Assembly (NCBI GenBank): GCA_023213395.1
Contig: CM041465.1
Location: 21,638,001 to 21,702,000, forward strand
Origin: Cycas panzhihuaensis
Taxonomy: Eukaryota > Plantae > Cycadophyta
Length of the DNA: 64,000 nucleotides
Direction of reading: 5' to 3'
Shown here: positions 29,591 through 42,954 of the stretch, piece after piece
How positions within the stretch are numbered: position 1 is the first letter of the stretch
Layout: each line of letters opens with the position of its first letter
The notes under the pieces: generated by a model
Databases searched by the model: none
What the model saw: only the letters and a program-made list of their open reading frames with translations
Told to the model about the DNA's origin: nothing
Made by a program: the position numbers and the translations under genes

Positions 29591-32124
29591 CTAGGTGGTA
29601 AAAGAGAGGGGAGACACAAATGATTTATATGAACCCTTTCTTTTGATGCAAAAAGGAAATATTTTTCAATTAGATTTTGTTCCCCTAACCTTATCCCTAT
29701 GTACATGTATACATATAAGATGCAAAGAGGTAATGGATAGGAAATAAGGATTCTTTTGTTAGTTCATCTTTTTCTTTCCTAAAAGAAAATGCATCTATTC
29801 ATGCCACTTTCCTATACACATTTAAATAAGGGAGGAAGAAAAGATCTTTATTATTTCGCCCTTTTCATGGGAAAGAGAGGGAGCAAAAAGATAAAAGTGC
29901 ATGCATATGTGTATCCCCTTTATCTCCTTTTATCTATAGGTGAAAGTATGTAAAAGGAAGGCTACAACCCATATGCAAGCACAAGTAGACTTCTTTTTAG
30001 GAGGGGGAACAAAAGGAGGGAGACAGAAGAGTTTATAAGAGGTGTACCAAGAGGTATGTTGGTAGATGAGGTGATGCACTCTTCTTCTCATGCTTCCCTC
30101 ATTTGTGATTCTATATTCCAAGTCATGGTAAACGTGCCAAATGAAGTCATAAAGGGGGTTCCTTACCTTCCCCAAGGTATTTATAAAGCAAAAAATTCTG
30201 AAAAGAAAAATCAAAGAATAGAAGATGCACCGAGGAGAAACATACCTCTTTCTTGCGATACGATTTTACTTGCTTGGGAGGATGCCTTATCTTATGTACA
30301 AGCAAAATTCATAAGTAATAAACAAGTATATGCACGTATATAGTAGTGTGTTTATGCCTTATCAAGGTGGAGATAAAATCTACCTTATATTCCAAAACAA
30401 AAAGTGAAACAATATGCTATTTTTCCTTTGCATATAGTAAATGTCCTCATAAAATCCTTAGGGAAAAGGGGGGGGTTGAGGGAGAAGAGGACAATAGCCT
30501 CAGAATGGCTAGCTCCTATGAGTGAGTCACCTCCTATATATACAAGTACTACATAGGCAGGTCAAGTAAAAGTCAAAAGATTCAAGTAGCATGGAATCAA
30601 AAGTTTGCAAGAAATTATAAATGTTGCAAAAGTTGTATATATTACAAAAGTTGCAAAGGTTACAAAACATGTAAAAGTTGTGAAAGAAAGAGTAAATTAT
30701 GGAGGTTATTGGCAAACAAGATATATACCAGCTGAATGTAAACATTGCAAGTGTTGCAAACACTGCAAACATGAAAGGGTTTACACCCTATTGGATGCCC
30801 TAGCTCATGGAGTGGGCATAGTGTAGAGAAATCTTGAGAAGTAGGGGGTTTCCCTTAAGGTTATGGCATTAGGAGTTGAAACTCTAGCCATTTTCTCCTC
30901 TTTCCCTTCTCAAAAATATCCCAAACCTGTCAAATTATTAATTAGTGGGAACCCAAGGGTTTAAAGATGCCAACCAAGGAAGAAAGGGGGAGGTTTTACC
31001 TCCCTTTACTTATCAAATATTAAAGAAAATATATGGAATAAAGCATGCAAATGGATAAAACTAGGAAGAAAATAGATTAAAGAGAGGAATGATGGAAGAT
31101 AACCTACTTTTAACCATAAAAACTTGCTCAAAATAGAAATTACCTTGCTACCAAGAGAGATGGTGCCCAAACAGCTATTTTACTTAGTGAAGGAGGCCCT
31201 TTTGGAGGATGAAAGAATCTTAAGTCTAAGGGAACAAGCTGCTACTGCTTAGCTGAGCATAAGAGAAGGATAATTCCACTAAGAAGGACCTAATTCATAC
31301 CTAAAAATTAGGGTTTTACCCTTATATAACTTAGAGCAAGAGAAGGAGAGTGGGAATAAGAGAAGAGAGTTATTTTTCGTTCATGTTAAAATTGAGTTAT
31401 TATGTCCCAATTATGTTTTCAAAGTGATTAGAGTTCAGTCTGGGCAGGAAAAATCCCTTTACCACATGCCAGATTCTTAATAAATGTGAATCTAGCCATT
31501 ATCTAGCTATAACATCATATGGATAGTCACCCCATGGTGAACTTCATGGCACCATGATTATTGATGTGGTATAGCGAATATTATCGTGGTGTGAGGAAAA
31601 CATAAGAAAAATTAAAAAAGGACCTAGGAAATCCCCAAAAAGGTCAGTCTTGAGGTGCAAGAGTAGAGTTTGATGGATTGGTAAGGGTCTTTAAGGACTG
31701 TAAGCAGTGGTGGGGGCCTCTTAAGTATGTAAAAAAGGTGAAAAATAATCCCCAATAAGGATGTAAAAATATACAAATGGGCAAATAAGTAGAAAACCCT
31801 CCTTAAGGACCATGTAAGAGGCTAAAGATGAGTCAAGGTGGGTTGTAGGAGCCTGTAAGTACCTAAGAACTCTACGAAGATGTCTCTTGGAGCTATGTAA
31901 TGCCATAGGACCATGGTCCTAAGTCATCATAGGTTGGACCACAGTCACAAGCACGAAGTAGGCAAGCAAACCAAGCATCAAAACAACCTACGTAATGATG
32001 TCACACCAGTGGAACCATAAAAGTATCTCATCATACCATAACTGAATAGGGTGAGGGGTAGAGATGTATACCTATTCTTACCTGTAGGATGTTGTTCATG
32101 TCCATTCCTAGTAGCCAAGAAATA
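29590..32124 (-). repeat. Tat-family LTR, inverted relative to the 25806 copy, 3'-truncated
   Basis: Reverse complement starts TATTTCTTGGCTACTAGGAATGGACATG and tracks 25806 onward block by block (e.g. ATAGGAGGTGAC...AGCCATTCTGAGGCTA). Confidence 0.85.
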
Positions 32125-33779
32125 ACCGTATACCAAGGGTCTTTAAAAATCACAAGGAACTATCATTTTAGATTAAGCATATGTGGGTATATACCTATGC
32201 ATGAAGCAAAGTAGATAACATTGCTTATGTGGGCCTTAGATGGAACCTAGCTATAAAATTAGGCCTCCATATGCCTTTGAGTATATTAGAGGACCCATTT
32301 AGGTTCCCTTACCTTATATAGTTGTAGAAAAATTATTGATCACTTATCTTGTATAATACATTGGTTAGTGGTTAAGGCCATAAATTTACCCTTCTTAAAC
32401 ATCTTTGCACAATTTTCACAAATATAGGTATAAATATCCTCCATAGTTAGTTCCCTAAGATATTCAATCAAGCATAATTAATGACAAAGAAGCTTATTGA
32501 AAGGCCTATAGAATTAAGTAAGCCTCTATTAGAATTGATAGGTTGCCCTTTACATTAAATACTATTGTACTTTTATAAGATCGTAAGACTATTATACTTT
32601 TGTAAGATAATCTAAGACTAATATATTTTTGCAAGATAATATAGCCTATTAGGACCACTAAATATCTAAAAATAATTAAAGTTACCACCTAACCCTAAAT
32701 TATAAAAGAACATAAATATTGCAATATTAGTAAAATGACAACATAAACTTGTATTATAGATATATAGTGTAATAACTTTAACCTACATTACAAAGATAAT
32801 AGTAGAACATCTAAGGGCTTCTTATATAAACCTTTAATATAATTTCTAATCCCTACACCTAATCTCTTAATCTAGAGCTTGGCCTCTAGAAAGAAAATGA
32901 AGAAGACAAAAAGAAAAATACCACCACTTAATATGTAGGATCACTTCAAGAGATACTTATCTGATTCAGATAAAACTTGCACTAGTAGACTTAGGATAAA
33001 AAAGATTAAGGAGTATTAGGCCAAAAATTTTACCTAGTCATATATACATATTATTTTAATTAGTGCATCATATTGGTTATTTTAGGCTAAGTTAATCTTA
33101 ACACCTTTTTTAGCAAAAAATGATAAATAAGCCCCACTAGCCCAAAATTCATATATAATCTTACATATTTCATTCTAATGAGCTCATCATACTCATCATT
33201 ATGAACTAAGTGGGATTGTTACTTAACTTTCATCCTATCTATGTATATTTGTACTTAAGAGGCTAACAGGCTATAGATACCTCCAATCCCCCACCCTTCT
33301 ATATGAATCCCATATCTTGGATCTTATTCTTTCTTTCTCATCCTCTTTCTTGGTAACCCTTTCTTCTCCCTTTAATACCTCTTCTTTGCATTCCCTTCTT
33401 CTTCACAATAGTTCATATAAATAATAAATACAAATGTAATCACCTTAATATAAATTGAAAAGATCCAAGAACTTGAAGCACAAGTCATGAACTTAAACAA
33501 TAATATGATACAAATAAAAGATAACATATCTAAAGACATTGTTAATCTCAACAATAACCTCATATTTATGACCAATAATTTCATAATGTAGATAGAACAT
33601 GTCATTGTAGAGCTCACCAAAATTTTAGTAGCTATGACCAATGCACCTTCTCCTTCAAACTTAATAGGTAGATCACCTCTACTAGTACCTTTGTTATGGA
33701 TACAAAGATAAAACCCATGGTACCATGAGATCAATATACATATATTTGATCCCAATATCAATAGGGACTTAATTAGAAG

Positions 33780-36700
33780 TTAGATTAGTAAGCTTAAGTC
33801 ATACTTTTCCCTCAACCTTATGGCTCATAATGAGTAACTAACCTTTACTTCTATCTACTTAGAAGGTAATACCCACCATTGGTTTCATTGGTGGTAGAAT
33901 TAACTCTTTGTCTAAATATGGGACCTCTTCTATAAGAATTTCTTCAAACAATATGAGGACACTTAATATCAGTCCTTCTTAGCTTACTCACTCATTTAAA
34001 GTAAACTATGATAGTTGAAACATATGTGAAAGAGTTTTGTGTGCTTCTTGATAGAGTCTCATAGTAGCTCAACCACTTATCACTCATTAAAGTATACACA
34101 TCAAGAATAAAGGAGTATATTCAAATTCATCTTAAGATACTTACCATTTTAACTTTAAGAGATGCCATTACCATGGCTATGGTAGTAAAAGTTAAGTTTA
34201 TAATATATCGCTAACCTAAGTTTTGATGGGATTATAGTTGGTACTAATGTCTATGATTTATAAAACAATAGCCACATACATGAGAGTTTGACTAGCAGTA
34301 ACCATCCACAACTATACCTTCTTCAAATCTAATCTATGTTCCTCTAAACAAAGCAAATAAAAGGGTGAAAGCTAACCTCTATATGAAATGCTCAAAGAAA
34401 TGGACCCCCAGTCATAGTAGAGTGTGTAAAGTAAGAAAGATGATCTATACTATTAATGTTGATTTAGAAGATAACTTTGATACTGACCATGATGAGCCTA
34501 ACTAGGGCATTAATGAGATACCACCCTAAGATCCCTCCCTACCACAAGAATCTAAGGCCTTACTATTAGGTATCATTTCTATGTCATGTTTACAACCTCT
34601 TTAAGTTAAAGGAACACATATGTAGATACCTATTACTCTCTTAATTGACAATGGCATGACACTAAGCTTTATTGACATATCCTTGGCTTGACAACTCAAT
34701 CTATACATCATATATAAAACTAAATTTACTTGTTTCCTACCTAGTCATCTCTCTCTCTATTATGTAAGTATTATAAAGAGCCTACAAATTTAAATAGGTA
34801 CATACACTTTAACCTTAGAGTTTCATGCCTTATATATAAGTGGGTCCAACACCATCCTTGAAGTCTAATAGCTCTAAACACTAGGTATATATAATATAAA
34901 TCATTCCACAAATAACCCAATCATATTATTTAAAGACAATCATAGGTAAAACCATAAACTCTATAGGATATATACTCTTCCTAACAAGCTTATTTCTCTT
35001 AGTAAAATGCATTAACTCTTAAAAATAATAATGTAGTATACATAGTTTATATTAACAATATCAAAGTGCATGGCATAAGTAACCTTGATATCTAAAATCT
35101 AATCACTAAATACTAATCTATATTTACACCATCTCTACCACCACTCCTCCAAATCATAGATTGTACCACTTAAGTAAGCTTAAGCACCCCCATGATCTAA
35201 TTAGCCTAAAGTCATATCAAAATTCATATTTTCAAAAGAATGAGATTGAAAGGATAACCGTTAAACTTATGGATATAGGAGTTATACAACCTAATAAGAG
35301 TCCTTGTATAACTCTAATTGTATTAATTTAGAAAATAGACGGTTCCATCTACTTATATATGGACTATAGGAAACTCGACAAGATTATAATTAAAAATAAA
35401 TTTCCAACACCTAGGATTGATGATATACTTGATGAAATCCATGGTATAACTATATTTTCTAAACTTGACCTTCAATCAAGTTATCATTAGAAACTTATCA
35501 CCCTAAAATATCACCAAAAAACTATATTTTACATACATCATGGCTTCTTTGATGTCCAAGTCATACTTTTTAATCTTTATAATGCCCTTACCACTTTTTA
35601 AGGTCTTGTGAATAGGATATTTACACTATACCTATGTAAATTATCATTATATTTTTTGATGATATACTTGTCTATAGCTCTAATATGTCCCTCCATCTTA
35701 AGCATTTAAAAAAAATTCTAAAAAACCTTTCTCAATAAAAACTATATGCTAAGTTATTAAAGTATAAATTTGGCAAGATAGAGTTGTAATACCTAGCACA
35801 CATCATCTAATAGAAGGTGTTTAAGTTGACCTAGATAAAATCTTCACTATCGTGATATGGCCTATGCCCAAAAACTTAATACATCTATATGCCTTCCTTG
35901 GTCTTATAAGGTTTTATAGATGGTTCATTTGTAATTATGCCTGTATTGTTGGCCCACTAGCTAATTCATTCTATAAGGATTCCTTTCAATGGTCCCCAAC
36001 TATTAAGAAACGTTTTAACAACCTCAAAGCCATAATAACCTCATCCCCAATCTTACCATTCCAAATTTTCTCAACTACTCTAATTGGAATGTGATACCTC
36101 AAGATTTGAATTAGGAGTCATGATTATGTAAAACTTCCATCTAATTAACTTCAAAAGCTATAAGCTAAGGACCATGAATGTTATTTATCTACGTACCAAA
36201 AGAATATGAAAGCCATTTTATATATAGTTGGCAAATGGTGATAATATCTCTTTGAGTCAATATTTACCATTCGTATAGACCATCATGGCCTGATACCCTC
36301 CTTGATCAACCAGTTCTATCAGAGAAATAAGTTAAATAATTCAATCACCTATAAGTATTTGGCTTTACTATAATATATAAAAAGGAGAAGGGCAATGTTA
36401 TTATTGATGCCCTTTTAAGACTACCCCCTAAGCCTATGATTTAGGTAATCTCCCAACCCAAACCTACATGGCTTATAGACTTGGCAACTACCAACCAATA
36501 TTAACTAGATTATATCCAATGGTTGGTAAAACACCTCACCTAAAAGGATAAGTCTCTTTATAATGACCTCTTGATGTACAAAAATTATATTTTTGTTCAC
36601 ACTACTTACCTCTTTTATTTCTTGAATCCTATCTAAATACCACTCTTCCCCTCTTAATGGCCACATGGATTTTGATAAATCCCATTAATATCTTCACTCT

Positions 36701-37890
36701 AGTTTTTACTATCCATATATGAAGATAATAATCCTTATATTTATGATAAAATACCTTATATACCAATGAAATAAAACTAATATAAAGGTCAAACTAGGAT
36801 TTCTCCAAACCTTACATATTTCCTATAACAAATAATAGGACATTATAATGGACTCTATCATAGGCCTCCCATTATCTATTAGGTTCAACTCCATCCAGGT
36901 CATTATAAACAAGCTAATAAAGTACACTCATTTACTATTAGTATACACCTTCTATAAGGTTGTTCGCCTTGCTAACATATATATTTAATCCATCTTATAT
37001 CTCTATGGATTCCCTTCAATAATTGTATGTGACCTGGATCCTAAATTTACTAGCTCATTTTGGCAAGAACTTTTTCATGCCTTGGGAACCTTATTTAATA
37101 TGAGCTTGGCTTATCATCCTTAAACCGATGGGCAATCTGAGGTTCTTAATAAAACTTTAGCATTATATCTTTATTTCTTTACCTCAAAACACTAAAGTAA
37201 ATAGTCATCTTGGCTTGCACTTATTGAGTACTTCAATCATTGATATGTCCCCTTTTATGGTCCTATATGGTTACCCTCAATCTTCTTATCATAACCTAAC
37301 AACTAATCTTTAAATAGTCATTATCGAATAAAAATTAGAAGATGTGGATTAAATCTTATACACCCTTAATCAAAACCTAGCTTTGGCCTAAAATCACATA
37401 AAATAATTGGTTGATTACCATCATTCTATCTAGAGCTTATAATAGATGACATAGTATTCCTTCAATTTCAGCCATACAAGTAGCAATCCCTCTATAGCAA
37501 TAAAAATCATAAGCTTATCCCCCACTACTATAGCCCTTACAAAGTCCTTTAAAGCATTGCATAAGTCACCTATGCCCTTGAGCTCCCACCCAGTACCAAA
37601 ATACATAATGTTTTTTATGTCTCCTATTTAAAAATATATTTTGGTAAAATGGTTACTTTCTAGGATACCTTACCTATTTTGGATGAAGAACATGTCCCTA
37701 AGGTCCCTCTAGATTATATCCTAGCTATAAGGTAATACTATCTATATAACTAAACCATTTTTTAGTATTTAGTATAGTGGGTTAGTTATTATCTAGAAGA
37801 GGTAACATGGAAATCAATAGAATTTGTCAATAAGTATCTACATCTCTATCACTTCATAGACTCAACATTTGAGGGAAGGGGACCTATTGC
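33780..37890 (+). mobile_element. Chromovirus (Ty3/Gypsy with chromodomain) internal region, heavily decayed; 5' limit approximate
   Basis: PR LIDNGMTLSFID (~34640); RT MDYRKLDKIIIKNKFPTPRIDDILDEIHG..IFSKLDL (~35360); INT IVCDLDPKFTSSFWQELF...AYHP*TDGQSEVLN (~37020-37150); chromodomain YLV*WVSYYLEEVTW (~37765); PPT GAGGGAAGGGG at 37871. Confidence 0.88.
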
Positions 37891-37987
37891 ATAACTATTT
37901 ACTAATCGTAGAGAGTGGTTGTTAACACATGTGATTAAACAACCTGATGGTTAGTGCTAGTCATTAACTTTTACACATAAGCCATTT

Positions 37988-38645
37988 TGTTAAGAAGATA
38001 AGGTCCTAATAACCTGAAATTGCCACCAAGATCTAAATTATTCTTGCAACTAGTTATAGGAATCAAAACTAAAATTTAACATGTAAGTTCTTAAACCAGA
38101 GATAATACAATAAAATGAACAAGAAAGCTAAGCATCACATATACACCCAATATAATGTGGTAAAATCCTAGCAGTGTGCTAGGGAAACATCCACACAGGA
38201 AAGATATCAATCTTTATTATCAAAGAATGGAGAAAATATACACAATCTATAGTAGAGTGCTTATAGTAACAACAACTAGCCACCCAACTCCTCACACTAC
38301 ATATAATACATCGAACACCATCAACATAATAAAAAATATCCTAAATCGGGCTACATGAGAGAGTCATACAAGGTACAAATCTTGACCATAGAATCTAGGA
38401 TATTTTAGTGAACGACCCTGATTCTCTTTACAATTTAATATACTTTCTAGTCTTAGTTTTTTGGGTCAGGGGCTATCACCCCCAAACCCCCTTTTTGCTA
38501 GGGGCATTCCACACCCCCCACACCCCCTAGCCAAGGGGGGCTCCTGCCCCCCTTGGAACCCCCTGAGGAAGGCTTGGGAGGGAAACCACACTGCCAACTT
38601 GTCAAAATTTTAGCCTCCAAACCATTATTGTCACATTATTTAACA
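37988..38645 (-). mobile_element. Solo LTR of the Copia family seen at 63227
   Basis: TG...CA ends, perfect TSD CATTT/CATTT; reverse complement homologous to 53653-54292 and 63227-63870. Confidence 0.93.
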
Positions 38646-39742
38646 CATTTAACCTACTAACAGGATTACATGTCATTTCTCTCTCTAATAAGATTCTATG
38701 TTAAATAACCACCATTACCTATTTAAGGCCCAAGAAATATATATAGTTTATTACATTAAAATAATATTAAGAGATCGTACTGTTGTACATTTTGGTGATT
38801 ATTTAGTATTTAAAATTATGTTTATTTTTATATTATATTTACTCTTTTGCGCTAAAGTTGGATGTTTTAGATTATTATATTATGTCCTTTGATCTACTAA
38901 ACTATTGTTGTGTAGGGAATACTCAGGAAAATTATGCTCTATTACTTCTGAGCTTATGATGTTTCCCTATGAGTGATTTAAAGTTTAGATAGGTCCTCTC
39001 TCTCCTTTGTCCTTCTATAAGCCTTACTTGTGAAAAGATTCATGAGTGCTTACTTTCAATTATCTTGTGAGTTTTTTTTCCTTTTATTCTAAATTTCTAT
39101 CATCCTCTTTTCTAATTCATTCTAGTAATAGGTAGATTAGAGGAGGTATTTCATAGATAATTATTTTTTTATCTTATTAGATTCATTTCACTTAATCCAT
39201 TTTTATGGTTTTCATATCTCTCATGTGTTATTGCTCATCCCTTTGCTTTGATTATCACTTTCCTTATTGATTAGTTTATTTACATTATTATAAGAGCTTT
39301 CCCTTATTTGTATTTTAAGAGTAATCTCCCTTATCTTATTTTTTCCTTATTAGTGCATAATATCTTATCCTTTTCATTCTATTTTCGAGCTAAAATCTAG
39401 AGGAACTAACCTAACCTCATAGCATAGGTCCAAGGCACCATCACATAAGTATGTCAGTTTATAAATTGGTCACGTTTAGGAAATTTCCCTCTTTCCTTTA
39501 ATACTTACTTTTCTTAATGGAGTTAATTTATGTTATTTTCTTATTTCGATTAATTAGCATAATATTTATTTCCTTTAAAAGTATGTATTATTTACTTTTA
39601 ATTTGATTGATCATTTTGTAGCAAGAAAGTTTAACTAATACTTTTTTGTCTAATTGTATTATGTTTTATTATTGCCTCTCATACCTTATGTTGGAGAGGC
39701 TACGTAAGAATGAGAAGATGACACAAAAAGTTTAAACCAAAA

Positions 39743-39750
<8 letters not shown>

Positions 39751-39820
<70 letters not shown>
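39751..39820. repeat. (AC)35 microsatellite
   Basis: Directly visible. Confidence 0.98.
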
Positions 39821-39823
<3 letters not shown>

Positions 39824-40511
39824 GAAACAAAGCATTTTTTTTTTTCTAAAAACTTAATTAAAAATAATCTTTCATTTGGTTAATTAAGAAGTGACCTATT
39901 TTAAAAGCACTTATACCCATCATCTTTGGTAATAAGGTCATGAATTATATTCATGTACTTGTAGGTATATAGTATGCTTGACTTCTTGTTTACTTCTTAA
40001 CATGCATTACTTGGTGTATTTACTTTTTAATATAGGTTGTTTATTATTCTCATTCAATCTTAATTGCATATATCTCCATATAGAATATGTTGTTTTCTTC
40101 TTTATACCTTATTTAGGGACACATCTAACTAAGGGGGAGGGTTGCATACCAAAAATTAATCAACTGATTACAACTAGCATTGTGCTTGAGGTAATGGTTT
40201 CTTTTTCCATTTCTAAGTAAAGGAGAGATAAGCTATTATCCCATAACTGTGTGTAGTTAGGAGAGCTAGGTTGTCATCTTAACTCTCTATTGAGATTTGG
40301 TTTTACCTTTCTTATTCTTTTCTTATGAGTCTAAGCTTTTTGAAATTAGATGCAAGTAGTCGTAGGCCTCCCACACTTATAAGCAGGATATTGTTAATTG
40401 CACAAATCCCTATATAATTAACACTTAGACTGAGTCATTAATCTAAAGTCTAACTCCTTTATGTCTTTCTCCTAGTAAGCTCCCCTCATTCTTTAGATTT
40501 TCTCTAGAAGA

Positions 40512-40790
40512 CTAACCCATGTTTAATATAGTTAGTCCGTGATTAGTCAAGTTAGTTTAGGTCTTACCAAACTAGGTTTAATTTGCCTTATGGGAGAGGA
40601 ATTCTAATTTTAGGTCCTTTGGATTACAAGTGAGTCTAGGACATATATGTGCTAACCCATGTTTAATATAGTCAGTCCATGATTAGTCAAGTTAGTTTAG
40701 GTCTTACCAAACTAGGTTTAATTTACCTTGTAGGAGAGGAATTCTAATTTTAGGTCCTTTGGATTACAAGTGAGTCTAGGACATATATGT
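40512..40790. repeat. 140-bp tandem duplication (2 copies, a few transitions)
   Basis: CTAACCCATGTTTAATATAG...GGACATATATGT at 40512 and again at 40652. Confidence 0.95.
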
Positions 40791-41249
40791 TCTGCCAAAT
40801 CTCTTGATACTCAAGAGCCATTCTTGTGTGCTATTTACCTCTCATGAAAGGATTGATTAGTTAACTACTTTGGTTTACTTGTTGACTATTTCTTTTATCA
40901 TGTTGCATAATTTTTCTTCTTTAGAGTAGTAGGGTGTCTAATCCTAAACCCTCTCTTAATACCAATAGATTATATCCATGCTTATCTAACATATGAGCTA
41001 AGGTTAATAATGAGCATAAGACTATTATCTCTGGAATTGCATAGCGACATAATCACTTCATACATTAACATAGATATAGTTATTGCACTAGTTCATATAT
41101 TCTTTTTACTTTTTTATAGCTTACATCCTTTTCATCCTTTCTTACACTCCCTCTCACTTTGAGAGAGCTTGAGATCATGATCCTTGGATTGCAATTCATA
41201 AAACTATCAATAGAAATTATAAGGATATATCATAGATGATGTCCATATC

Positions 41250-42675
41250 ACAAATCCCAAGATTAAGTAAAAAATTGGTGCCAATATCTGAAGCAAAATA
41301 TTTAAAGCAATGCACATATTTCAAGTGTAAACAAAATAGAGTATGGATCACTTTTACTCCTTAAATACTCCTTCCCAGAAAATATATATGATGGAGAATG
41401 ATCAAGCTTATAAGAAGGAAAAATTAAAGACCCCACTAATGATGATAAATGGGTCATTGAAGGCTTGACTTTAGAAAAATCAAATATGAACTTTAGCATC
41501 AAAATAACTCTTTGAACCATAATAGAATTTTTAAAATCTTCTTAGATCTTATATCTTAAAGGAATAGTTAAAAGTATAAACATAATAATCCTATTTGATG
41601 GTGGAAGCATATATAATTTTATTAATTTGCAGACAATTAAATGGATAAAATTTTATGTTACACAACTTAATCACTTTAAATTAATCATAGCTAGGAATAA
41701 GACCTTGCCATATGGTGTTGTATGCCTAAAAATCTCCTCATCAATGTTTAATTACACACTATAATCCTTGATGTTTGCAATGCTAATAAGAGGAGTTAAT
41801 GTTATATTAGGAGTAAAATTCTTAAGAAATTAGGGTTCAATTATGAACAAGTTATTTATGAAAATTTGGCAAAAGGATAGGAAATGTATATTGTACCATC
41901 AAACCATAAAATCTCCTCTCTTTACATGGAGAAAATATTAAAGAATATATTGTTTGGATATGTTAGTAGTTATTATACAATCTTAATTCTAGAGAAGGTT
42001 GATGCCCACCTGCCAAATTTAGAGGACAAATGGAGATAAGTGCAATTCTCTAACAACTTTATTATAAACATACAAATTGAATGACCTTTTGTTGCTAAAT
42101 AAACCACTTGAGGAACAAATAAAGCAAGGAATATTTTGTTAAATGAAAGGATATGGATATCAAAACTACAACATGAGAAGATGAATATTACTACCAACAT
42201 AACCTACAAATTCAATGCTTTGCGGGTAAAGAATCTTTTTGGAGGGAGGGGGGCAGGGGTTATTATGCACCAACATTGTATAAATAGTCACATACCTTAT
42301 TACAAATTGATACCATATAAATAGTTGCATCCCTTCAAAGGCTTATTCATAGGTATGTATAGCAAGTAAGGTCAATGCAAGATCATTGTTACTTGAGGAA
42401 CAAATAAAGCAAGGAATATTTTGTTAAATGAAAGGATATGGATATCAAAACTACAACATGAGAAGATGAATATTACTACCAACATAACCTACAAATTTAA
42501 TGCTTTGCGGGTAAAGAATCTTTTTGGAGGGAGGGGGGCAGGGGTTATTATGCACCAACATTGTATAAATAGTCACATACCTTATTACAAATTGATACCA
42601 TATAAATAGTTGCATCCCTTCAAAGGCTTATTCATAGGTATGTATAGCAAGTAAGGTCAATGCAAGATCATTGTT
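41250..42675 (+). mobile_element. Internally deleted Gypsy relic (protease joined to 3' end/PPT, no RT or INT seen); limits approximate
   Basis: PR-like LFDGGSIYNFI at ~41590 and NVILGVKFL at ~41800; chromovirus-like terminus AAGAATCTTTTTGGAGGGAGGGGG. Confidence 0.55.
42106..42675. repeat. 285-bp near-perfect tandem duplication
   Basis: ACTTGAGGAACAAAT...GATCATTGTT at 42106-42390 and 42391-42675; one C/T difference seen. Confidence 0.97.
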
Positions 42676-42909
42676 AGATATTTCTTAGAGCTATGATTAT
42701 TTAGAGGAACTTGTAGGTCGTAATGGAATCTTAAAGGAGTCACTGCCTTGAAGAAGATAGGCACCCTTTATTATCTATTAATTTATATATTGGTTCACCA
42801 TTTATTTAATATTATTCTTACATTTTATGATTACTTTGTTGTGGTAAATACTAAAGGACCTTGATAGTTCGTAAGACATTATGCACAATATAATGTGCGT
42901 GCTTTAAGA

Positions 42910-42954
42910 GTGTGTGTGTGTGTGTGTGGAGAGAGAGAGAGAGAGAGAGAGAGA
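42910..42954. repeat. (GT)n(GA)n compound microsatellite
   Basis: Directly visible. Confidence 0.97.

Noticed and set aside
32125-33780. 5' LTR and PBS of the chromovirus
   Set aside because: I could not match it to the sequence after the PPT at 37871, so no boundaries are called.
42136-42609. Two identical 62-aa ORFs as a duplicated gene
   Set aside because: By-product of the 285-bp tandem duplication spanning a retroelement 3' end.
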